This document shows positions 38,201-50,469 of a DNA stretch of 64,000 nucleotides, piece after piece. Position 1 is the first letter of the stretch. Every line of letters starts with the position of its first letter. This stretch comes from Chiloscyllium plagiosum. Taxonomy: Eukaryota. The stretch covers positions 11,528,103 to 11,592,102 of the forward strand of contig NC_057720.1 of the NCBI RefSeq assembly GCF_004010195.1. Reading direction: 5' to 3'. The position numbers and the translations under genes were made by a program. Under the pieces are notes generated by a model. That model was not told where the DNA came from and did no database searches. It saw nothing but the letters and a program-made list of their open reading frames with translations.

Positions 38201-39652
38201 TTGATCTTTATGTCGTCATTGTCTACAGGAATAGAGCCAGAAGACTGGAGGAGACCAAATATTGTGCCCTTGTTCAAGAAGGGGAGTAGAGACAACCCTG
38301 GTAATTATAGACCAGTGAGCCTTACTTCAGTTGTGGTTAAAGTGTTGGAAAGGATTATAAGAGATAGGATTTATAATCATCTAGAAAAGAATAATTTGAT
38401 TAGGGATAGTCGGCATGGTTTTGTGAAGGGTAGGCCATGCCTCAGAAACCTTATTGAGTTCTTTGAGAAGGTGACCAAACAGGTAGATGAGAGTAAACCG
38501 GTTGATGTGGTGCATATGGATTTCAGCAAGGCGTTTGATAAGGTTCCTCACGGTAGGCTATTGCACAAAATACGGAGGCATGGGATTGAGAGTGATTTAG
38601 TGGTTTGGATCAGAAATTGGCTAGCTGAAAGAAGACAGCGGGTGGTGGTTGATGGGAAATCTTCATCCTGGACTTCAGTTACTAGTACTGCCAGGACCTA
38701 TTTTAGGGCCATGCTGTTTGCCATTTTTATAAAAGACCTGGATGAGGGTATAGAAAGACAGGTTAGTAAATTTGCAGATGACACTAAGGTTGGTGGAGTG
38801 TGGACAGTGCCGAAGGATGTTGCAGGTTACAGAGGGACATGCATAAGCTTCAGCGCTGGGCTGAGAGGTGGCAAATGGAGTTTAATGTGGAAAAGTGTGA
38901 GGTGATTCACTTTGGAAAGAGTAACATAAATACAGAGTGCTGGGTTCATGGTAAGACACTTGGCAATGTGGATGAACAGAGAGATCTGTGTCCAGGTACA
39001 TCGTTCCCTGAAAGTTGCCACCTAGGTTGATAGGGTTGTTAAGAAGGCATACAGAGTGTTAGCTTTATTGGTACAGGGATTGAGTTTCGAAGCAATGAGG
39101 TCATGTTGCAGCTGTATAAAATTCTGCTGCAACTGCATTTGGAGTATCGCGTACAGTTCTGGTCACTGCATTATGGGAAGTATGTGGAAGCATTGGAAAG
39201 GGTGCAGAGGAGATTTAGCAGGGTAGTGCCTGGTATGGAGGGAAGGTCTTATGAGGAAAGGCTGAGGGCCTTGAGGCTGTTTTTGTCAGAGAAAAGTAGG
39301 TTGAGAGGTGACTTAATAAGATAATCAGAGGGTTAGATAGGGTGGAGAGGGAGAACATTTTTCCTTGGATGGTGATGGCTAACATAACAGGACATAGCTT
39401 TAAATTGAAGAGTGATAGATATAGGACAGATGTCAGAGGTAGGTTCTTTACTCAGAGAGTAGTGAGGACATGTAATGCACTGCCTGCAACAATAGTATAC
39501 TCAGCAACCTTAAGGGTATTTAAATGGTTATTAGATAAACATATGGATGATAATGGAATAGTGTAGGTTAGATGGGTTTCAGATTGGTTTCACAGGTCGG
39601 TGTAACATCTAGGGCCGAAGGGCCTGTACTGTGCTGTAATATTCTATGTTCT
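35248..39652 (+). mobile_element. Near full-length decayed CR1-clade LINE (ORF1 zinc finger/coiled coil/SGNH esterase; ORF2 APE + RT)
   Basis: ORF1 VECSSC...FLCGKC..LQLL...LELELDEL, GDS, WDLYKWDGLHLN.RGT. ORF2 KCVYFNAR...ISETW, KSPGPDGI, NYRPVSLTSV, VDVVHMDFSKAFDKV, KFADDTK. Tail ttctatgttct. Multiple stops and frameshifts. Sits inside an older minus-strand HER1 (34860-35247 / 39653-40045). Confidence 0.92.
35309..35713 (+). mobile_element. Penelope-type terminal fragment (family 4) with a family-1 element (35514-35641) inserted in its hammerhead-like motif
   Basis: Inverted ends ggatgtaggttt / aaacctacatcc; degenerate flanking repeat agtct..ttagcaa; inner TSD atgtta at 35508-35513 and 35642-35647. 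Related sequence at ~10530-10620(-). Confidence 0.6.
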
Positions 39653-41105
39653 ATCCAGCCTTTCTTTATAACTCAACTTCCATACCCGGCAACATCCTGG
39701 TAAATCTCTTCTGAACCCTCTCCAGCTTAATAATATCTTTCTGTGATCAGAACTGCATACAGTACTGCAGAAGAGGTCTCACCAATATCCTGTAGAATCT
39801 CAACGTGATGTTCTAACTGCTATACTCAAAGTTTTGAGCAATGAACGCAAGCCTCCTAAACACCTTCTCGACCACCCTGTCTATACGTGCCCCAAATTTC
39901 AAAGAGTTATGTACCTGAGCCCCTAGGTCTCCCTGTTCTTCAACACTGCCCAAGGCCCAACTGTTAATTGTATAAGTCTTGCCCCTGTTGGTTGTACCAA
40001 AACACAATACCTTACATTTGTCCAAACTAAATTCCATTTGCCATGTTTTGGTAATGAGGAATAAACCGGGACAGGAATACCGGGGAGACCTCCTCCACTG
40101 CCTTTATTATTGTCATGAGATCTCTTGTATTCACTTAAGGTAAGGAGACCAAAACTGCACAAAGCACTCCAGGTGTGCTTTAACCAAACTGCTGTATAAT
40201 TGGAGGAAGAGTTCGCTGCACCTGTGCTCACAACCTTCTGCGATAAAGGCTTAACATCAAGAGTTGGCACTTGGGGCAATGCCAACCTTGTTTGACACTG
40301 CACTGAACTAGCAATTTGGACTATGTGCTCGCATCTCGGAGCCCACAATCCTCAATACCCACTGAGCCAGGTCTGCTAAAGATATGTACAGTACTGAGAT
40401 TAGAAGGTATAATGAGACACTTTACACTTAAATAAAGCCTGACTTCACAAAATAATATCTTCCTGAATGTCCGTCATTAACCACAGATAAACTACAGAAA
40501 CATCAGCAGCACAATCCAAAATGAAATCCGTCTCCAGTACAATTCTCAACACTTACCATATTTTATTAATGCTTTCCACAGCTCGATTGACAAGCAGGAA
40601 GGTTTTACACAGGGGTTCCGGTGTATGTGGGCTCTAATTGGCAGGTTTCATCCTTAATTGTCAAAAGAAATGAGGACAAGTCATAATACCTTCCTGTTGT
40701 GACAGCTTCCACATTAATCCTCTGCTTCAGGTTTTACCCTGTCATTAGGAACCTTGCAGGATTTTTTTTTGTAAATCGTGGATAAGCTCTTTATCAGAAC
40801 AAAGCAGGGAAAAATTTGTCATCGTTTCTACCAAGGGCATAACTGTTTCATTGAATAATGGTCATGTTTCTCCTCATAGCAGGAATTTACAGAAATGCAC
40901 TTATTCTTGACAAGACTGTTTAGAGATATTTTTCAGGGATGTTCTTACACAGCTCTGGAGCAAGCAGGACATGAACCCAGGCCTCCTGTCTCAGAGGGAG
41001 GGAGACTAATGTTGTACTGCAACAGCCCCCAACAATTGATGTTGAAGGGAGAGAATTTTTCCCCTAAACAACCTGTTCAGAGATGTTATTACACAACTCT
41101 GGAAC

Positions 41106-41290
41106 AGGCAGGTTGGTAGGGTGGAAGGTGAGCACCAGGGGCGTTCTGTCCTTGTTGCGGTTGGAGGGGTTGGGTCTGAGGGCGGAGGTGCGGGATGTGG
41201 ACGAGATGCGTTGGAGGGCATCTTTAACCACGTGGGAAGGGAAATTGCGGTCTCTAAAGAAGGAGGCCATCTGGTGTGTTCTATGGTGGC
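41106..41290 (-). mobile_element. Penelope-like element internal fragment
   Basis: QMASFFRDRNFPSHVVKDALQRISSTSRTSAL.P.PSNRNKDRTPLVLTFHPTNL. Confidence 0.75.
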
Positions 41291-42252
41291 AACTTCCATT
41301 TCCCATCTGTGCTTGAAATTTCAATCGTTCCTTCACATACATTTCTCTACTTGCCTTAATAATATGTAAGGACGCTGCAGGGAACAGCAGAGATTTGAGA
41401 GGATGTTGTCAACACTGGATAAACTGGACCTTCGTGGAATGATTGGTTAGGCTGGCATTATTCTCCTTGAAACAAAGGAGGCGGAGGGGAGCTCTATTAT
41501 CACATAATAACATTTATTAACGTTCAATATTCATGGGATCGTAACAGGGTAGTTACGGGCAGGTAGTTTGCCCTCTGGTATGAGGAGAGCACCAGAGGAC
41601 ATGAAGTCAGAATTCGTTATTGCCATTCAGAAATGAGGAGTAATTTATTTGCTCAGGGTCCAGTGATTCTGTGGAACCCTTTCCAGAAACTTTTGTTTAG
41701 GCTGAGTTATTGTGTATTTTCAAAATGTGCCAGACAGATATTTAACCAGAAATACGATGAAGCTCTGTCGATGTAAGGCTGGAGAATGGAGTTGAGGATT
41801 AACAGATCAGCCATGAGTTCGTTGAATGGTCGAGCAGTCTCGATGGGCTGAATGGCCGACTTCCAATCCTACATCATTTGGTCGAACGTATTATTCTATT
41901 GATGTATGACTCAATGACTCCATGACTGTAGCCACAGCTGAGATGGAGGAGACAAGCTCCCATATCACAGCAGTGTACTTTTGTCTGGAGCTTTTGATCA
42001 CAAATGTAAAGATGTCTGTACCTCTCACTCCTACAACAAGACAGACTGAGGCATCAGGCTAAAACGTGAGATTGGAAGGAAGTGCCTGGAAGGCTTTGTT
42101 GTGTAAAAAAATGTGTCCTTGTACTTTTTTGGCGACATGGAAGTTTTTTCTGTTTGAATTTCGCAAGTGCCTGCGGTCACTGAGCTGCTTGCTTTGGTTT
42201 CTTGGTTGTTTTTCGATGTGTGATGCCATTCCTTTTTGCCCCGTGGCTTGAC

Positions 42253-42411
42253 ATCTCCACGCTTCAGGCTCTCTGCCTTTATTCCTGATGAAGGGCTTTT
42301 GCCCGAAACGTCGATTTTGCCTGTCCTCGGATGCTGCCTGAATTGCTGTGCTCTTCCAGCACCACTGATCCAGAATCTGGTTTCCAGTATCTGCAGTCAT
42401 TGTTTTTACCT
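42253..42411 (+). mobile_element. Penelope terminal-repeat fragment with intact hammerhead core (family 1 variant)
   Basis: attc-CTGATGA(42285-42291)-a-gggc tttt gccc-GAAA-cg-TC-gatt. Confidence 0.8.
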
Positions 42412-42964
42412 ACAGCTTGTCTGAACACCTAAGGTTTTACAAAATGTAACCTTGTTCTCCATTTATCTTATTTGTCTCTGTTACTGTGGGATCATACTAT
42501 TCCTTTAGTTCATGCTAAACTACAAACTTCAGGCCCACACATCTCTTTTCGGACTGCCTCTTACAGATTTTTGTACAGAGCTCCCTGTGTCTTCATTCGT
42601 AAGATTCTTTGTTCTGCCTGGACTCTGTTATCTTGGGTCTATCTTATTCTCAGAGCTATTGTCCTAATTTACGACCTCACTTGAATTCTGAATTCAGCAA
42701 AGCTAATTCTGGTACTGCAGCTAAAAACCTCCTCCGCCATTCTTATGCCAACCGAAAAGCTGCAGGCAGCCATTTTGTGCCACCTCTAGCCAATGGGCTT
42801 CCCCAACAGAATCCCCGTGTTGCCTTCCTTCTCCTTCCTCTGTCTCTTCCATTGGACCTTGAGGTTAAATTACTCAAAATGACCATGATGGATCAGAAAT
42901 TGACTGAGAGGCAGCACTGCACAGATGATGCTTTTCTCTGGATCTTCTATCCATAAATGGGATC

Positions 42965-43215
42965 GTATTATTTCAGGAATTGGTTTATAGGGTGATCCCT
43001 ATGTCCAAGGATCTGTGCTGTGGGGGTGGTCCCTACATTCAGGAATCTGTTCAATGGAATGATGCCTAAATCCAGGAATCTCTTCTGTGGGGTGTTCCCT
43101 ACATTCAGGAATCTGTTCAATGGGATGAATCCCAAATCTAGGGATCTCTTCTGTGGGGTGGCTCTTTCAACCCAATCTGACAAACCTGACATCCCAAGAA
43201 TCAATCTGTTGAATG
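42965..43215 (+). repeat. Tandem repeat, ~66-bp unit built from two ~33-bp subunits
   Basis: ctgtggggtgttccctacattcaggaatctgttcaatgg.atga..cc.aaatc.agg.atctctt repeated ~3 times. Confidence 0.85.
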
Positions 43216-44377
43216 TTCCCTACCCGCCATCTATGATGATTATATCTATCTTTAAGTAAGGAGACCAAAACTACACGGGTACTTCCTGAGATTTTCCAAT
43301 AGTTTTTATTTCTTGCTTCCAATCCTACCCTGCAGTGTTTCACCTTTGATTTATTGCAAGAGGATTAGTGTATAAGAACAAGGAAGAGTTATCACTTTTG
43401 CATTCATTGCTCAGATCTTTGAGTATAGGAGTTGGGACGTCATGTTAAGGTTGTACAGGATGTTAGTGAGGCTTCTTCTGGTGTACTGTATCCAGTTCTG
43501 GTCGCCCTGTTATAGGAAGGATATAATTAAACAGGAGAGGATTCAGAAAAAAAATTACCAGGATGTTACCAACAATGGAGGGTTTGAGTTATAAAAATAG
43601 ACTGGAAAGATTGGGACGTTTTTCACTGGAGGTTAAGGGGTGACCTTATTGAGGTTTATAAAATCATGAGAGATATAGATAAGGTGAATGGCAAGGGTCT
43701 TTTCCCTAGGGTGAGGGGGTTACGAGGCATAGCTTTAAGGTGAGAGGAGAAAGATTTAAAAAGGACATAAGCAGCAAGTTTTTTCACACAGAGCGTGGAA
43801 TGAACTGCCAGAGAAAGTGGTGGATACAAGTAAAAGACATTTGGATAAGTTCATTAATAGGAAAGTTTTGAAGAGATGTGGGCCAAGCGCAGGCAGGTGG
43901 GACTAGTTTGGTTTAGCAACAATGTCAACGTGGACGAGTTGGACTGAAGGGTCTGTTTCCGTGCCTCTGTGACTTGATGACTTGCTTATACAGAGCTTTG
44001 GTCAGACCGCAGCAGAAGTACTGTACTGTACTGTACACCCTTGTTTGGGAAAAAGAGAACTCTGGAGCTGTGCTGCACTTGAATTTCTGCAAGATTAGCA
44101 CACAAAATCTGAGAGGATTAATCATGTGGTTCACGCTCCAGGATTAGCTTAACATTCCAATTTTGGCATCATACTTCTGAAAAAAATGAAGGCTTTAGAA
44201 AGGGTAGCAAAAAGATTAGCGAGAATGGTTTTAGGGATTTCAAGTTTGTGAATAAATTGGAGAAGTTGGAGACTGCTCTCCGAAGAAATGTGGTGGCAAT
44301 TTGATGGAGGTATTCAAAATTGTGAGAGTTAGACTGACCCTATTGGCAAAAGAACTTACAGATTTACAGTGATTGAT

Positions 44378-44845
44378 ATGATTTGATTTATTGTCATGTG
44401 TACCTAAGTACAGTGAAAAGCTTTGTTTATGAGCAATACAGGTAGATCATAACAAACAAGGACATACAGATCATAGGGGGCTTAGACAGAGTGAGGCATA
44501 CAGGTTACACTGCACAGAAGGTGCATGAAGCAAGGTCAACATTGGAAGTTAGAGAGTCCATTCATCAGTCTAATAACAGCAGGGAAGAAGCTGTTCTTGA
44601 ACCTGTTGGTGTGTTCAAGCTTCTGTTTCTTCTGCCTGACAGAAGAGAGTATTGTTGGGTTGGGAGGGGTCTTTCATGTTGGCAGCCTTTCCATGGCAAA
44701 GGGAAGTGTAAATGACATCCATGGATGGAAGGTTGGCTTTCACAATTGTATTGGCTGTGCACACCAACTTCTGTAGTTTCTTATGGTCCTGGGTAGAGCA
44801 GTTGCCGTCCCAGGCTGTTATGCACCCGGACAGTATGCTTGGCAA
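44378..44845 (-). mobile_element. Rex1/Babar-like LINE 3' fragment
   Basis: SILSGCITAWDGNCSTQDHKKLQKLV.TA..I (post-RT domain) and tail acaataaatcaaatc; related tail at ~31070-31213(+). Confidence 0.7.
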
Positions 44846-45939
44846 AAGAAGCAACAGTAGATGAGGAAAAGCAGTTTAATCCAGTGAGTGATTAGGTCTG
44901 TGATGCCGGGGAATCTGATGGAGATAGTTTCAATCGTGGCTTTCAATTGGATAAACACATGGAGGAAAACAAATTGCAGGATTACAGGGAGAACTGGGGA
45001 GCGGGGCTGGTTGTGTTGCTGCTACAGAGAGCCAGCACAGACAATGCTGGATCGAACATCACCTCCTTCTGTACTCTAGCCCTTCTGTAAATTGTGACAT
45101 AGAACAGGAGACATTCGAGGTTCATTGCGCAGGGTGGAGAAACCACATTCAAGAATCGACAGAATCTGAAGGGGTCCTTCATTTGTTTGCAGGATACATA
45201 CATTGGCAGCAGTATTGCCCTTATGTATAACTGAGAGGTGCTGTGGTGGATACACTCAGTAAGGGATAACAATTTGGGTAAGGTTCTGGAGAAGGGATGT
45301 CATGGCAGTGGAGAGAGTGCAAGAGATTTACCAGAATGTCGCCTGGACTAGAGAGTTTTACTTATGAAGTGAGATTAGACAGACTGGGGTTCTTTTCCCT
45401 GGAGCAGAGGTGACTGAGGGGGACATGATTGAGATGTATACCATTATAAGAGGTATTGATGGGGTGGGCAGGAAAGAACTATTCTCTTCATTGGAAGGAT
45501 CAATGACTGGGGGTATCGATTTAAGGGGAGGAGAAAAAAAGGAAAACCCCTGGGAGAGTTCAGAAATAGGGGGCATAGGTTTAAGGTGAAAGATTTAAAA
45601 AGAACCTGAGGGGCAACTTTTTCACACAGAGGGTGGCTTGTATGTGGAATGTACTACCTGAGGAAGTGGTAGTTGTAGATAGTTATAACATTTAAAAGAC
45701 ATTTGGACAGGTACATGGATAGGAAATGTTTAGGGGGATATGGACCAAACACGGGCAAGTGGGACTAGTTCAGTTTGGGAAACTTGGTCGGCATGGACAA
45801 GTTGAACCGAAGGGTCTTTTTCTGTTCTGTGTTGACTCTGTGACTCACTACCTGTAAGGATGATGGAGGCAGAAACCCTCATAACATTGACAAAGTATAT
45901 AGATGTTCTCTTGCAATGCCAAGGCATACGGGGTTGTGG

Positions 45940-46066
45940 TGAAAGTGAGCACTGCAGTTGCCGGAGATCAGAGTCAAGATTAGAGTGGTGCTGGAAAAGC
46001 ATAGCAGGTCAGGCAGCATCTGAGGAACAGGAAAATTGACATTTCGGGCAAAAGCCCTTCATCACG
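45940..46066 (-). mobile_element. Single-arm family-1 hammerhead mini-element
   Basis: TSD tac(g/a)gggttgtgg at 45927-45939 and 46067-46079; ends at gcccttcatca. Confidence 0.8.
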
Positions 46067-46446
46067 TACAGGGTTGTGGGTCAAGTGCTGGGAAAATAGG
46101 ATTAGAATAGTTAGGTGTTTGTTGTTGACTGACACAGGTTTGATGGGCTGAAGGGCCTTTTTCTGTCTTGTAGGTCTCTATGGTTGCAGGACAACCAAAG
46201 GATGGTAGCCTTCGGAGAACAGGCTCATTGGATTCACCAGCTGTGAAATGGATTTACAACATACAACAAAGACAGTTTGCAAGGAGATATTTTTCTGGTG
46301 TCTTTCACAGGCTCAGGATAAGCCTAACATCTTTCTAACCGTTAGATCATAGAGATAACCATTGAAATATTTCTGAAGGCTAATCACTGTCACTGTGTGG
46401 GAGGATGTTGTGAACCTAGGCAGTAACATGACATTCTCTTCCTCAG

Positions 46447-46681
46447 GGACCCCGCTCACCGCACGGTGCCGTACCATTACTATGAGCCATCAGGAATCGA
46501 TGAGTGCACGATGTACATCTCACACGAGCTGGGCCGCAAGGGGAGCCATCACCGGTTCATAACGGAAAAGCACGCATTCGCCAGGTGGGCAAGGCAGTAT
46601 GACGTCCACTTCCACCAGCCGGAATGGGAGCTCGAATCCCTGGCTTCCAATCACACGGAGCGCAAGGCACGACGGAGGTGA
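46447..46681 (+). CDS. ST6GALNAC5: ST6GALNAC5-like last coding exon (motif III YHYYE and sialylmotif VS HRFITEK), ends in TGA
   Basis: Acceptor attctcttcctcag|G, phase 2. Encodes DPAHRTVPYHYYEPSGIDECTMYISHELGRKGSHHRFITEKHAFARWARQYDVHFHQPEWELESLASNHTERKARRR*. Confidence 0.93.
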
Positions 46682-47285
46682 GGCGTAGGCGAGGACGGAC
46701 AGAGGTGAGGTGACCCAAGCACGGGGCACACGTGACCAATCAGCAGGAGCTGCCAAACCCAAGGGACAGTTTCCTCTTGTTGTTTCTAATCAGCATCCCG
46801 CCAAAGGAACATACCACATTTATGTAGCACCGCCTGCGACTGGTGTAAGACTTTGGAAGGGCAGCCGCTATTGCAATATCAAGGGATGACAAGATGGCCG
46901 CCCCTGCAGATCTCTCAATTCAGAAAGCTCATGAGGTACAGCGATTGGAGCAAAACAATCCTTTCAAAACTGGGTGAACCTTTTTTTTAAGGAGCCCGGA
47001 GGGAACCTCATTTGATTTATTGACTCTGGTTTATTTAATGCTTCAGCCTCTGCGACCATCCCAGTGTTTTGTCTATATATACTTGTGATGGTTTCTTTCT
47101 AATCACTGACCTGTAATGTTATTTGTATCAGTTGGAATTTATTATTTCATTGGGCTGCAACGTATCACTTTTGAACTTTTGCTGACATTTTAACCAAATA
47201 CCACAGGCAGCTCAGAACTGTAGCCTCTAATTAATCTTCCTGTGTGCCAAGGACTCCTTGTGTTGTGAGAAATTACTGGTTGAAG

Positions 47286-47291
47286 AATAAA
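47286..47291 (+). promoter_or_regulatory. Candidate polyadenylation signal of the ST6GALNAC5-like gene
   Basis: First AATAAA I see after the stop codon, ~600 nt downstream, at the end of a repeat-free AT-rich UTR-like stretch. Confidence 0.4.
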
Positions 47292-47541
47292 AGTGTGTGG
47301 GGAACAACTCAGTTCCGTCTTCAACTGTTTTGAGGTTCCATGCATCAGAGACATCAATCAGCCCTTCAAACCTCAATGTTAACTGATCTTTATGTAACTG
47401 TGTCTGTTCAACCTGGGGTCTGTAATTCTTTATAGTGGTAACTAACAAACATTCATCTGTGTTGAAATTTTGCATCCCTTCTATCACCTTCAATGTCTCT
47501 TTGAGAGAACAAAGTCTAGATTTCGTAGTGCCCATCATGGT

Positions 47542-47848
47542 GTGGCAAGGTGGCTCAGTGGTTAGCACTGCTGCCTCACAGCGCCAGGGACCCGGGTTTG
47601 ATTCCAGCCTTGGGCGACTGTCTGTGTGGAGTTTGCATATTCTCCCTGTGTCTTTGCAGGGTTGCTCCAGTTTCATCCACAGTCCAAAGATGCACAGATT
47701 AGGTGGATTAGCCATGCTAAATAGTGTCCAGAGATAGGCATACTTGGTGGGTTAGCCATGGGAAATGGTCTGGGTAGGATGCTCCTTAGAGGGGTAGTGT
47801 AGATTTGTTGGGACAGATGGCCTACTTGCACACTGAAGGGATGTTATG
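47542..47848 (+). mobile_element. HE1-type SINE
   Basis: gtggctcagtggttagcactgctgcctcacagcgccagggacccgggtttgattcc head. Confidence 0.9.
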
Positions 47849-49789
47849 TAGAACTTTGACAACATCCTCAAAACAGCCAGCTCTAATTTTACACTCCCCT
47901 GTGTAGAGCAGAGGAAATCATTTGTCTCTATGTACGCTAACCAAATCCTTTAATTATCTTAAAATCCTCAAATAGATTGCTCCTTAAGCTGCTACACTCA
48001 CGCAAATAGAAGCACAGCATATACAAACACTCATAATTTAACATGAAACCATGATATTATTCTGGCAAATCTGCACTATTTCTACGCCAAGGCCAGTATC
48101 TCTTTGGCAAAAATGAATATGTATTTCAGATGGATCTAACCAGAGCCTTAAACACTGCAGCAACTTTCTACCTCAGAGCTTTTCAGATAAAAGCTAATGT
48201 ACCATTAAACAGTAAATGCTATTTTCTTGTAAATTTCTCTCCTGCATAGTACAGGTCTTCAAGTAATGCAGTGCTCGAACCAATGAGAATTAAGTCACAA
48301 TAGCAGCAACAGTGGCTAGCATTCCAGGGAGCCTTGGAAGGGAAAGCAAAGTTAAGAGAACATCTACAAAGGGAGACCATGGAATATGTGGACCCTGGGG
48401 GATGATGTGCAAAAGAAACAAGGATGAGATGAGGAGAAATGACTACTCTCAAAGACTGGTGAATGTGTGGAATTCACTCTCCCAGTGTGAACAGATGCTG
48501 GGACATTGAGTAAATTTAAGGAGGAGATGATGTTTTTTAATGAATAGGGGGTTGAAGTGTTATGAGAGTGGTCAGGAAGGTGGTGGGTCTGGATGGGTTA
48601 CTCTTCGGAGGGTCAGTGTGGACTTGTTGGGTCAAATGGCCTGTTTCTATATTGTAGGGATTCTATGTTTCTATGTGGTGTTGAGGCCGTGATGTATACA
48701 ATGGTAGAGCCAGTTCGAGAGGCTCCCAGTTCTTCTGTCTCGAAAGCATTGCCTGGAAATGTGGTGGAGGCAGGTGCAATTGAGGCAGTCACAAGGCATT
48801 GGATAGAAATGGAGTGCTGAGATATGGAGAAAACGCAGGAGATTGGCTCTAGGAAGTGGAGCCAGTGCAGGGACAATGAGCTGACTGGCCTCCTGCACCA
48901 TAACAATCTCGTGACAGCTGGGGATATGACACGGCGTGAAAGGGAAAAGGTCTGGAGAGAGCCCCTAGAGTGGAGATGTGATGGAAGAACTTCTGAAAGG
49001 TAGTGAGCTAGAGAGAAGGACTGTAAGCTGTCCTGAACTTGGAAAAGGAGAGCTGTTGAAATGAAATCCAACCAATTGCTCCCCACTTTCCCACATCCTG
49101 GGAGGTACTGAGGTGCAGTGTAAGCTACAAGAGCACAGAGAGTGATTGTAGACTCTACATCACAGAAAGGAATGGTCACTTCACCCAGAGCAGATTTTTA
49201 TAAAATGTAAACCCACAGATAAGCCATGTTTCATTCTGAGTTGTCTTCTGATATGAAAATTGTAACAAACAACAAATGATCCTCCTGATCTGGCAGATCA
49301 CAACCACTTACTGCCATTTATATTCAGCAATTAATGGACTTCTGCAGCAGAAAATCGCAGATCCACCCATGTGAAAAACATAGATCATCATAAGGCACTA
49401 ATTGTTGCAATAATGCAGCTAATGTCATCTCATTGACTTTCAGGGCCCTACTTTAGCTCACAGTGTGCCAGTTCTCCTGAACTCCAGCACAGCTTCATCA
49501 ATAAAATATCCTCTGTATCAGCTGGTGAGACACATGGCGATAAATCAGCAACACCTTCCACTATCGATGGATGTGCATTGGTAATGTGTAGCCAAGTAAT
49601 GAACCATGAATGTGTAAGCTCTCACTTGTACAGAGAGTTGAAAACAAGGATCCATCAAGATAAGAGCCACCAATGTGTTCACTCAGGCATTCAGGAGGAC
49701 TAGCTTTTAGTGACGAGCGAAGAAAATAGTGTTGGTGGTATCAAGCACACAGGAAAGAAATGTGATGAATTGCTTCCTTTATCATAGAT

Positions 49790-50165
49790 GCCCCTTAGGT
49801 CCCTTCTAAATCGTTCCCCTCTCACCTTAAACCTATGCCTTCTTGTTTTGGATTCCCTTACCTTGGGGTAAAGACGTTGGCTATTTACCCTATCCATGCC
49901 CCTCGTGATTTTATAAACCTCTATAAGGTCACTCCTCAGCCTCTGATGCTCCAGGAAAAATAACTCCATTCTACTTAGCCTTTCCCTATAGCTCAAACAC
50001 TCCAACTGTGGCAACATGCTTGTAAATCTTTCTGAACCCTTTCAAGTTTCACAACGTATTTCCTGTAGCAGGGAGACCAGAATTGCGCACAGTATTCCAA
50101 AAGTGGCCTAACCAATGTCCTGCACAGCTGCAAAATGACCTCTCAAATCCTGTACTCAATGCATT
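49790..50165 (-). mobile_element. HER1/CR1 fragment
   Basis: LSYRERL.RMELFFLE..RLRSDLIEVYKITRGMDRVN. Confidence 0.85.
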
Positions 50166-50469
50166 GTTTTCAGACACTCAATGACTTGACCTCTGCAGCA
50201 ATGAGTTCCACCTCAACCATCTAGAAGGACAAGGGCAGCAGATGTATGGGGAAATGATGATCTGTATGTTCCCCTCCAACTCTCACACACTATCCTGACT
50301 GGGAAGTCCTCCCGTAGATAGAGGACCAATTTGAGGGATTGAAAACCACACAGGAGGTCAGTCTGCACAGGGAACAGCTCGCTGTGGTTGGCTTATCAGC
50401 ACAGGTGAAGAAGCAGATTGGTGCGTACTGGTAAGTTTTTCTACAATTGTAAGAAATTTTTAAAGTTAG

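Noticed and set aside
37985..38905. 306-aa RT ORF as a functional or domesticated gene
   Set aside because: It is part of a CR1 ORF2 broken by stops and frameshifts on both sides, with the GVPQGS motif corrupted.
42965..43215. CRISPR-like repeat/spacer array
   Set aside because: Intervening segments are themselves repeated (a plain tandem repeat), the context is vertebrate, and there are no cas genes.
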